A stretch of DNA of 25,926 nucleotides from a virus (Duplodnaviria > Caudoviricetes), in IMG/VR virus record IMGVR_UViG_3300005662_000204, positions 1 through 25,926 of that record. One strand, given 5' to 3'. The notes beneath the pieces were generated by a model. It was given only the letters and a program-made list of their open reading frames with translations. It did not search any database and was not told where the DNA came from. Shown here in pieces: positions 10,701 through 18,149 of the stretch (positions within the stretch are counted from its first letter, which is position 1; each line of letters starts with the position of its first letter). The position numbers and the translations under genes were made by a program.

Positions 10701-13352
10701 AAGACCGTATTTTATGCAAATCCTTCGGGACCAAGTAATGGATCTTCTCAGGCAAATATATTTATTGTTTCACCTCAAGTAAGTCAAAAACCAGTTATAG
10801 GGAATCCTTTAGCTGAACAGTCTTATTTAGAATACCCCACAGATATTGAATACTTTCAGTTAATAACCGGATTAACTTATAATAATTTTATTACCGCTTG
10901 TGGTGTTGGTACTGGTAATACAGGATTCTTTCCTGCTAATTACCTTCTTCACGATATAAGTTGTTTGGTGAATACATGTAATGTTGCAACACTTACATAC
11001 CCAAATATTATTAGCTCGATGCAAAACTATGAAAATTACGAAATTTGTATTTTTGTTAGAGGTGTGGATCCACACAGTGCTAAACAACCTACAATTCAAT
11101 ATGACTTATCAAGAATTTTTGGTAAATCATATAACACGGGACCAATTGTTAGTGGAAGTTACTATTTGAATCAACCAATACAATCTTTAAGTAGTGGTGT
11201 GAAACCATTACAACATGATACCGCAAATAACACAACAACAAATTTATATTTTGATTCATTCACTTTTACACCTGACCCAACACAATATACTGCATTTACA
11301 TCAAACTACCCTTACTATTATTTGAGTACTGACGATTCTTTATCTTCATCTTATAGTCCATATCCTGGTCAATGGCAAACAAATCAACAAAGTACTACAA
11401 ACTTAGAACAAACAATTGCGATAGGTAATACAAGAGATCTCCCAATTGGAAATACATCCTTCTATATGGTTGGGGGTACATATCTTAGATGGGTTAACTC
11501 GTTAACAACGGCACCTATATTTTTACAAACAGGTAATAATAATAGTAACCCAAGTTGTAACCAAGATTGTCAAATAGGTGAATACTTTAATACTGGATCA
11601 ACTTTTTACACAGGGATAAATTCTGCGGGTAATTTGACCGCATTATACTCACCTGCGTACTATAGATACACTTTACCTGGTGTTGTATTCTCAGCATCAA
11701 CTAAAATTGTCATGAGAAGTGATAGGTTACCAACCTCAACAGAAGTACAAAACGGAGCATCAGGAACTCAAACAGGATTTGCATTACATCAAAATGATAA
11801 TTTCGCTTTCTATTCTGCAGATGGATTACAAAGCCCACCTATTATAACTGCAGGTATTGATTTACCTTCAGGAGAATCTCAAGATAATGATCAAACAACA
11901 TCAGGTTTAACAGAAACATTAACATGTGAAGGTATGGTTCCTTTAGCTTGTTATTCAGGAAGTGGTAACTCTGTAGGTATAGTTCCTTCTGGACAATGTA
12001 CTGTACCTGCGAATAGAATGATTAATGGGTGTTATTGTTTATTAAACAAAACATATTTGTTTCAATATGGAGACGATGTTAAATTATTTTTAGAATGGAA
12101 AGTAAGATTTACCATGAACTTTGCCGCATGTAGAGGTGTATTTGCTCAAGTGTTCCAAAACAATTGGGTTAATGGAACTTTATACATGTTTAATTTTAAC
12201 AAAAAAACAACATTCCCTAACGGACCTGATAATCCTTTTTATGACCATTGTCAAGATGTCATAATGTTTAATCAAATTTCAAATACATTCTTTTATAGAT
12301 CTTCACCTTGGGATGGTTTAGACTTCATCGGTAAAGACTCTCCAGCAACAAACCCAAATGCTGTCGGTGCTAATTTTCCTGGTTTTGGGTATAATAAAAA
12401 ACAAATACAGTTCCCTACAACTATCACAGATTTAGGTCCAAGAGATTATTTTATAAATGAAATTTGTTGTTCTAATGGTGAACAAGGTTTTGGTTCCTAT
12501 TACGCCAACCAATTAAAAACGACTTCATATCAAGATAACTCAGATATAATACAACTTGGGTTCCTATCTAGAATTTTAAATGAAGGAGTTAGACAAAGAA
12601 TTTTACCAATATCAAATGGTGGAAATAATTCTGAAGGGAAGGGTATTATACAATTCTTTAATAGTACTCGTGGAGGCTATAGAATAGATGGGGATTGGGC
12701 ACAAATGTTGTCAATTAATTCTGAATGGAAAATTAGTCCGTTTATTACTGAAAATATTCCTGGCCCACAATACATTTATTTTGGTGACAATAACAACGGA
12801 ACAACAACATATTCAGGTGATGAAATAAGACCTATTATGGGACTGTTTTTTGAACCTGTTGAAGAAGATATTAGATATAGAAAAATAATGTCTCCTGGTA
12901 TTGAAACTTTTAACTTCTCACCTTTAATTGAAGAAAAGTTTAGTTACCCAAAATCACAAGAAGTACCTAATTACAGATGGGCGATAACTGAACCTGATGT
13001 GTATGCAGGAACCCCAAATATATTTGGGTCTGAAAATAATAATTGGTACACAAATGCAAGTAGTCAAACAGGTTTCTTCGCAAGAAAATATCAAGATTTA
13101 GAATTTACCGCACCAACCCCAAAATATCAAACAACTACCACTAAAGTAGGATATCTTGCAAACTTTGATTTAAATGGTGTTCCAGATCCAATTATACCAA
13201 TACAGAATATATTACAAGGAGCACCGAGTTTGATACCAACAACATCATCTGTTATTTTAGTTGGAGCACCATATCACTTTTATTTTGGTCTTAATAATGG
13301 TAAAACAGCAATCGATAGATTCTATAAACTTTATGTAGTTACCGAAGATTAA
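7746..13352 (+). CDS. Giant putative baseplate/tail structural protein (1868 aa) with an N-terminal carboxypeptidase-regulatory/transthyretin-like beta-sandwich and an internal hydrophobic block
   Basis: Long ORF following gp6. N-terminal GVVTGRVFVNGGFGLPNAKVSVF...TTNESGDFMIFGVPTGEQTIVMD pattern, long apolar stretches at about aa 575-700, a CTSCDCQC cluster and an S/T/N/G-rich C-terminal half. Function is inferred from context. Confidence 0.6.
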   Translation: MPKSYRIRTEVGVDKYINVNLEQDWESLEILSLKILSNNIYTRFCADYGVVTGRVFVNGGFGLPNAKVSVFIPLEDTDELNPVISELYPYKTINDINEEGYRYNLLPKLPSYNGHASTGSFPNKGDVLMDESYIEVYDKYYRFTVTTNESGDFMIFGVPTGEQTIVMDVDLSDIGCFSLSPQDLIQQGLATETQVNGAQFKSSTNLRELPQIKNLIYTVNVRPFWGSEDLCQIGITRVDFDLTKQANINIQPSAIFMGSIISTTDDDALKIKCKPKNNTGNLCELVAGPGQIQGIRQTIYSDTNGLPILERWDIEQAGKVIDSDGTFLVNVPMNLDYVYTNEFGQQILSNDPSKGIPTKGKYRFKFKWQNEQGLQGSFLRADFLVPNIKEYGWTNSNNDPFINNSTSIVTYPQIPVGSITGSTVAYPPGGLIKPVTSNIESYSIYIGNNQYFGSPESIPIQPGDTITIVASPIDPQQAQDIQFTYVPQDLFDVFRSYSFSTDWDDYSNIQSAIDCEDTFYQFGYNKVYTTGMFLDRYKNGIGRARHLGIKEIDNRSCKSTVNTFPVNDIIRNFDTIFFVFNILINILTFPLLTLLFVAHFIAFMWPILKYVLIILGIFLTKNAIADTFAAVENASDVIETQLSIISANVGGPVVDVGAIIKAVRLILAQFVLVLKAAFSVVLAAAFTAFAILAAIRVKGFPRIGLPMISYPDCTSCDCQCGDAELEDDFSTSSITNELEAAAAQEASSQGGSNVVLSTPNTLIAPVNYSGSYDLDHPNLSVDEDGNKPFPPCKPFSELLQDDDITIDVVLKASVDFKRIASGYDIISSTDPNRLIPNESYLLKAPQPFLFKADADPSNSNKDERYFAIPSTVPFGQKLNEFNTRDKYFYSSTQNTPNTGVNQIKTTVNPTLGSTPYYDQVLVVLMSQGATEQLGVGKIVTFQNPNYVDPSFSTPGNRLTNLTGATFNQFSNNAITGTTITGNTIPKTVFYANPSGPSNGSSQANIFIVSPQVSQKPVIGNPLAEQSYLEYPTDIEYFQLITGLTYNNFITACGVGTGNTGFFPANYLLHDISCLVNTCNVATLTYPNIISSMQNYENYEICIFVRGVDPHSAKQPTIQYDLSRIFGKSYNTGPIVSGSYYLNQPIQSLSSGVKPLQHDTANNTTTNLYFDSFTFTPDPTQYTAFTSNYPYYYLSTDDSLSSSYSPYPGQWQTNQQSTTNLEQTIAIGNTRDLPIGNTSFYMVGGTYLRWVNSLTTAPIFLQTGNNNSNPSCNQDCQIGEYFNTGSTFYTGINSAGNLTALYSPAYYRYTLPGVVFSASTKIVMRSDRLPTSTEVQNGASGTQTGFALHQNDNFAFYSADGLQSPPIITAGIDLPSGESQDNDQTTSGLTETLTCEGMVPLACYSGSGNSVGIVPSGQCTVPANRMINGCYCLLNKTYLFQYGDDVKLFLEWKVRFTMNFAACRGVFAQVFQNNWVNGTLYMFNFNKKTTFPNGPDNPFYDHCQDVIMFNQISNTFFYRSSPWDGLDFIGKDSPATNPNAVGANFPGFGYNKKQIQFPTTITDLGPRDYFINEICCSNGEQGFGSYYANQLKTTSYQDNSDIIQLGFLSRILNEGVRQRILPISNGGNNSEGKGIIQFFNSTRGGYRIDGDWAQMLSINSEWKISPFITENIPGPQYIYFGDNNNGTTTYSGDEIRPIMGLFFEPVEEDIRYRKIMSPGIETFNFSPLIEEKFSYPKSQEVPNYRWAITEPDVYAGTPNIFGSENNNWYTNASSQTGFFARKYQDLEFTAPTPKYQTTTTKVGYLANFDLNGVPDPIIPIQNILQGAPSLIPTTSSVILVGAPYHFYFGLNNGKTAIDRFYKLYVVTED

Positions 13353-13353
13353 C

Positions 13354-15222
13354 ATGAATATAGATCCATCAACTAGAATAATAGAATCTACTCAAAGGTA
13401 CAAGTCGGCACCTTTGTCCGATCAATTCATTAACATACCTTTCACACAATCAATGAAAGAGTTAGTTGAATTTGATAGAAGTGTTGACCTTAGTTTAATT
13501 GCTGTTTTTGATGATGAAAGACAACAATCAACAACTTTTAGACCCGTAACAAAGTTTACAATTTTATTTGAAAATTCGTATACAGGTTCTACAACATATG
13601 TACCATTTAGGGACAACTTGTATTACACTAATGCAATTCAAAATTCTATATCTTATTATCCTACAGGTAATGTTCCATCAGTACCACCACAACCAACAGA
13701 TCAAACTATTGCATGGGATGGATTTCCTCAATACCCTGAGTTTGATTTTATAAGAACAGACTTTGATGTGTCAGGATATACTATTGGTAACGGAAGACAT
13801 TTAGATTTTAAAGCCGTTAGTGCCACTACATATAATTGGTCTCATTATGTTAGTTACGCTTATAAAAATGAACCAAACAAAAATTTATATGCAATAGAAC
13901 CTCAAAGTCAAATTTCATGGAATTGGGTTGCTTCAGACGGTATTCCTTTTTATGTTTCAATAGGTAGTGATTTAGGAAATCCGTTCATTAGATTTAAGTG
14001 TCCTGTTAAACACGGATTACTAACAGGACAATTTGCATACCTATCAATTGGATATAATAATAATTCTGTGTTCCAAGTTTCAAGTTTAGGTGACGGGGGA
14101 TCAGGATCTGAAGAATACATATTTAACATTTTAAATGTTGGTTATACAGGAACAACTTTCCAAACCTCGACCCAAGGTACATTTAAAAAAATAATAGATT
14201 TTACTAATTCGGCAGACACTATAAGTTCTTACTATGTGAGAAAACATAGAATATTAACAAATGCTGAGTGTGCTGTTTTGGTAAATGCTGGTTTTGAAAA
14301 AAACATTTACAACGATAAGACCAAGTGTGAAATAAAATCTTTAACACCAAATCAAAGACAAAGAACATCAGTAAAAGAAGGTGCAAGATCTTACACTTTA
14401 TCATTCAATTGTGATGTCAATATCAACGGATTATTGGATAATCAAAACAGACCAATTAGTCAGTTATATTTTACAAGTATATGGAGGGGGTATTTTGGTT
14501 GGACTCAAAAACTAAAACAAGGATGGGATTTTAACACATATTTGGATGTTGGTAAACCACAAATATGGTGGGACCAAAACAATTTGGATTCAAACACAAC
14601 TGTTAATCAATCGCAATATACATCACTACTAAATCAAGGTCCATTTTTATATAATGACTTTTTAACTTCAGGGGATACTATTGATGGGGATTTTTGTGAA
14701 TGGAATAACTTTGAACAACTTGAAAGAGTGATATCAATCTATCAACATAAAATAACTTATAATGATAATTGGTTTTCTTTAGATACACCATCACTATTAC
14801 CAACTAACCAATTTGGATACTTTTATCAACCACACAATGTAATTCCGATTAGAGAATTCTCAGATTACATAGAAGAGACAGATAATGAAAATTTACTTGA
14901 TCTTCCTGCTTATGCTTACTACTCAACACTTAACACATCTTTTAGATGGAGAGATTTATATCCTTATGGATTTGTGAGTAGTGATGGTATTGGTTTAGAT
15001 TATCCTTTCTTAAATAATGCTCACTACCCATTCATTAACACAATTTTTAGAATTACACCTGAAAATTATAATATACCAAGCGACTATGCAACACCAACAA
15101 ATCCTAATGAATTAAATAATTATCAAGGAGGTAAAGTACCTACCGATATTAGCGTAATTGCAGAACCTTTAACTGATGGTTGTGACGCATTAGGAGTTGT
15201 TTTTGCTGCAGCAACAAATTAA
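13354..15222 (+). CDS. Putative virion structural protein (622 aa)
   Basis: Starts 1 nt after the previous stop. Aromatic- and S/T-rich. The CPVKHGLLTGQFAYLS segment resembles the 'HGL..G' beta modules common in phage tail proteins. Confidence 0.55.
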   Translation: MNIDPSTRIIESTQRYKSAPLSDQFINIPFTQSMKELVEFDRSVDLSLIAVFDDERQQSTTFRPVTKFTILFENSYTGSTTYVPFRDNLYYTNAIQNSISYYPTGNVPSVPPQPTDQTIAWDGFPQYPEFDFIRTDFDVSGYTIGNGRHLDFKAVSATTYNWSHYVSYAYKNEPNKNLYAIEPQSQISWNWVASDGIPFYVSIGSDLGNPFIRFKCPVKHGLLTGQFAYLSIGYNNNSVFQVSSLGDGGSGSEEYIFNILNVGYTGTTFQTSTQGTFKKIIDFTNSADTISSYYVRKHRILTNAECAVLVNAGFEKNIYNDKTKCEIKSLTPNQRQRTSVKEGARSYTLSFNCDVNINGLLDNQNRPISQLYFTSIWRGYFGWTQKLKQGWDFNTYLDVGKPQIWWDQNNLDSNTTVNQSQYTSLLNQGPFLYNDFLTSGDTIDGDFCEWNNFEQLERVISIYQHKITYNDNWFSLDTPSLLPTNQFGYFYQPHNVIPIREFSDYIEETDNENLLDLPAYAYYSTLNTSFRWRDLYPYGFVSSDGIGLDYPFLNNAHYPFINTIFRITPENYNIPSDYATPTNPNELNNYQGGKVPTDISVIAEPLTDGCDALGVVFAAATN

Positions 15223-15233
15223 AAATAAAAAAA

Positions 15234-16040
15234 ATGGATTTTACTAGAGTTAAAATTGTAAAAAATGACACCGATAAGTTTATTAACATTCCAGTTAATA
15301 TGCAATGGGACTTTATGGGTAGGGACGATAGTATCCAAGAATATGAAACTGAGGCATTAAAACAAGTTATTGGAAATCCACAGGATTTTGAAATCATAAG
15401 ATTCGCTCATAATGTCTTTGCAAATCAAGATAGTTACATAAATTATGTATTTAACTTTTACGATTATAGTGCTGCGATTACCGCTAGCACAGTAGGTAAT
15501 TGGTCGGTTGATTATTTAAATAACGGGTTTTCAGTACAAGATGTTTATTATTATTCAAAATCTTATACAAAATCTTTTTTCAAGTTAGACTTTTATGATA
15601 GTCCTGATGATACAGTCCAACAACTTTATCTATCTATGATATTGCCTGTACAACAAGGTTTAACTAAAAGTGCGACTTTATCACCAATCTTACCTCAAGT
15701 ACAGATAAAAAAACCTGAAATGATTTTAGATTATATTGGTAATGACAAAGAAGGTTTCTTCATTTATTGGTTGAGAAAAAGAAACTTTATTGATATCTCA
15801 ACATTTTACATGAGTGCAAAATTTTTTGACGCAATAACGGGGGTTTACAAAGACATGACAAATACGAGACAAGATTTGTTAACTCCTGATAAATTCACTT
15901 TTGATCACGCTCAATATTATTACTACGAGGTAAAACTCGATTATAATAATCAAACTTACGAAGTATATTCAACATCAACTAATAATAGAGTTGGAGATTT
16001 GAATACACCGATAATATGGTATGAATATGTTAACCCATAA
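15234..16040 (+). CDS. Putative virion structural protein (268 aa)
   Basis: Tyr/Phe-rich ORF with an A-rich leader inside the structural run. Shares the N-terminal DKFINIP motif with its neighbours. Confidence 0.55.
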   Translation: MDFTRVKIVKNDTDKFINIPVNMQWDFMGRDDSIQEYETEALKQVIGNPQDFEIIRFAHNVFANQDSYINYVFNFYDYSAAITASTVGNWSVDYLNNGFSVQDVYYYSKSYTKSFFKLDFYDSPDDTVQQLYLSMILPVQQGLTKSATLSPILPQVQIKKPEMILDYIGNDKEGFFIYWLRKRNFIDISTFYMSAKFFDAITGVYKDMTNTRQDLLTPDKFTFDHAQYYYYEVKLDYNNQTYEVYSTSTNNRVGDLNTPIIWYEYVNP

Positions 16041-17215
16041 TGGAACTTCAAGAATATAAATTTGTTATTTCTCCTGAAAATGTAAAAAGTGATTTAGTCT
16101 TTGTTACATATACAGGAAATACTGATATTACAACAATTATAGATCCTTGTTGTTTAACGGCCACTACCATTTCTGCAACTACGACAGGTTCGACAGGGGT
16201 TTATTTACCTATGTCTTATTTATTAAGTGGAAATACAGGAGGTACTTCTTTTTTAACTGGTCTGTCGGTTAATATTATGTTGACCGAATCTACGGTTGAT
16301 TTAGGTTATTATTCACCAACTGACGGAATGGTATTACAAAAAGATGTTTTAAATAACTTTATTGCCACCGCAGATACGATTAACCCTTATACCTACACTT
16401 TTTATAATACTTCTGATTTGGAATTCATAAAGTTCCTTCAATTAGTTACATATACGATAGATTGGGGTGACGGATCACCACCACAAGCGGTTTTAGGTAT
16501 AACACCAATTTCACATACCTACCCAAGTACATCAAACAATTATACAATTAAATTAACCGCAAATTCACCTTGGGGTATTTCTGTGGTACAAAAACCAATA
16601 ACAGTACCATATACAAATGTTACAATAACTAATCCTCAGGGTAATCTTGTTTTTTACCCCGCTGGTGGATCATGGTCGGCAACACCTTTAAGTTATGATT
16701 TTATTTTTGATGGTGACGCGAGTACAAACATTAATGACTACTACACATTTAATTATACGACAGTACCTTTCCCTATAACAGGTATAACAGAATCAAGTAT
16801 AAATGACCTTACTCAGTTTGGTCCTAAAGTAAATTTAGCGGAAGGTAAATTTAAATTAGGAATACAAGTTACAGGACAAACAGGATCAATCGGTACATAT
16901 TATGGACCGGATGTTACCAATACTTATACTGCGTATACAATAAACGGTGTTATATATCATGATTATGAAGATTTCACAATATATTTTACAGATTCATATG
17001 GTTATGTACCTGGTGAAATAATTCTTACTGCGATAACTAAGAATGAAGCATTGATAAATGTGATAGATCAACCTGAGATCATTACAAATGTGTTTATTGA
17101 GAGAGGAAAAAATTCTCCTTTAGAAAATGTAATGAGATTGGGGGAGGTAGATAATGTTGGTGATTTAGAAAAATACGGATACAAATATTTTATAATTGAA
17201 AAAGTGTCTACATAA
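16040..17215 (+). CDS. PKD (Ig-like) domain virion protein (391 aa)
   Basis: PKD signature YTIDWGDGS...ISHTYPSTSNNYTIKLTANSPWG at about 16451-16610. TAATG overlap with the upstream stop. Confidence 0.7.
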   Translation: MELQEYKFVISPENVKSDLVFVTYTGNTDITTIIDPCCLTATTISATTTGSTGVYLPMSYLLSGNTGGTSFLTGLSVNIMLTESTVDLGYYSPTDGMVLQKDVLNNFIATADTINPYTYTFYNTSDLEFIKFLQLVTYTIDWGDGSPPQAVLGITPISHTYPSTSNNYTIKLTANSPWGISVVQKPITVPYTNVTITNPQGNLVFYPAGGSWSATPLSYDFIFDGDASTNINDYYTFNYTTVPFPITGITESSINDLTQFGPKVNLAEGKFKLGIQVTGQTGSIGTYYGPDVTNTYTAYTINGVIYHDYEDFTIYFTDSYGYVPGEIILTAITKNEALINVIDQPEIITNVFIERGKNSPLENVMRLGEVDNVGDLEKYGYKYFIIEKVST

Positions 17216-17224
17216 ATATTTATA
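17212..17224 (+). promoter_or_regulatory. TATTTATA motif (17217-17224) within the palindrome ATAAATATTTAT
   Basis: Lies in the gap before the ATG at 17244. Bases 17212-17223 form a perfect 12-bp palindrome overlapping the upstream stop codon. Confidence 0.5.
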
Positions 17225-17243
17225 AAAAAGAGAAAACAAAAAA

Positions 17244-18149
17244 ATGGCAACAGGAAATTATGGAACTATAAGACCGGCAGATGTTAGTCCTGAAGATGTA
17301 CAAATAGTAATGGTATATACTGAGTCTCGCGACGACACTCAAAATTTTACTTTAACAACACTTGATTCTCAAGATGTTTTAAGACCATACTTCAACAACC
17401 AAGATACAGGAGGTAGTTCTGTTGAAATTTTGGGTGGTTTATATAATCTAAAATTACCGGCAGATCAATTCACTAAATTGGGTATATACACCCTTATGAT
17501 TAGACCTGCGGAAATTAGAACATTAATAACAGACTGTGGGGTTTTATCTTCCTTACCAAATGTTAAAGGTATTGTGATTGACCTTAATAATGTTCCGTCA
17601 GAATATAAAAACAAATTTGTAAACCAAGGTTTAGTTGGGTTTAGAGTTGAATATCTAAATCCTGATGGTACTAAAATCCCAAACTTTTTTAGAATAATTA
17701 CATCTTGCTTTTATTGCGAACCTGTAGTTCAAAATTTAACAAACACAATCCAAAAATCTATTAGATATAGATATGTTGAAGGAGCGACTAATTTACTTTT
17801 CTGTACGGTTTCACCTTCATCATCACCAACTAACAAACCAAGTGCGACACCTTTCATCGGACAACCAAATCAAAGTATTATAATTACTAACACTTTCTTT
17901 AACCCGATCACCACTGAGATTGAAATAGTCGACCAAGACATATCAACATTAGCAATTGCATTGTACGGAAATCAAACTAAATCTATTGAAGACGGTATAT
18001 ACACCATCTACGATTCTAATAACAACATCTACAAACAGTACAACTTGTACGAAATTAAAGATCAGTTTAATACTCTTCTTTATGAAGTTAGACAGGACCG
18101 TAATGAAAATATCGATTTCTCTAAAGCCTTTAATAACATCACAGCTTAA
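17244..18149 (+). CDS. Hypothetical protein in baseplate module (301 aa)
   Basis: Clean ORF with its own TATTTATA motif and A-rich leader, coupled by TAATG to the next gene. Contains a CFYC motif; no family recognised. Confidence 0.65.
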   Translation: MATGNYGTIRPADVSPEDVQIVMVYTESRDDTQNFTLTTLDSQDVLRPYFNNQDTGGSSVEILGGLYNLKLPADQFTKLGIYTLMIRPAEIRTLITDCGVLSSLPNVKGIVIDLNNVPSEYKNKFVNQGLVGFRVEYLNPDGTKIPNFFRIITSCFYCEPVVQNLTNTIQKSIRYRYVEGATNLLFCTVSPSSSPTNKPSATPFIGQPNQSIIITNTFFNPITTEIEIVDQDISTLAIALYGNQTKSIEDGIYTIYDSNNNIYKQYNLYEIKDQFNTLLYEVRQDRNENIDFSKAFNNITA

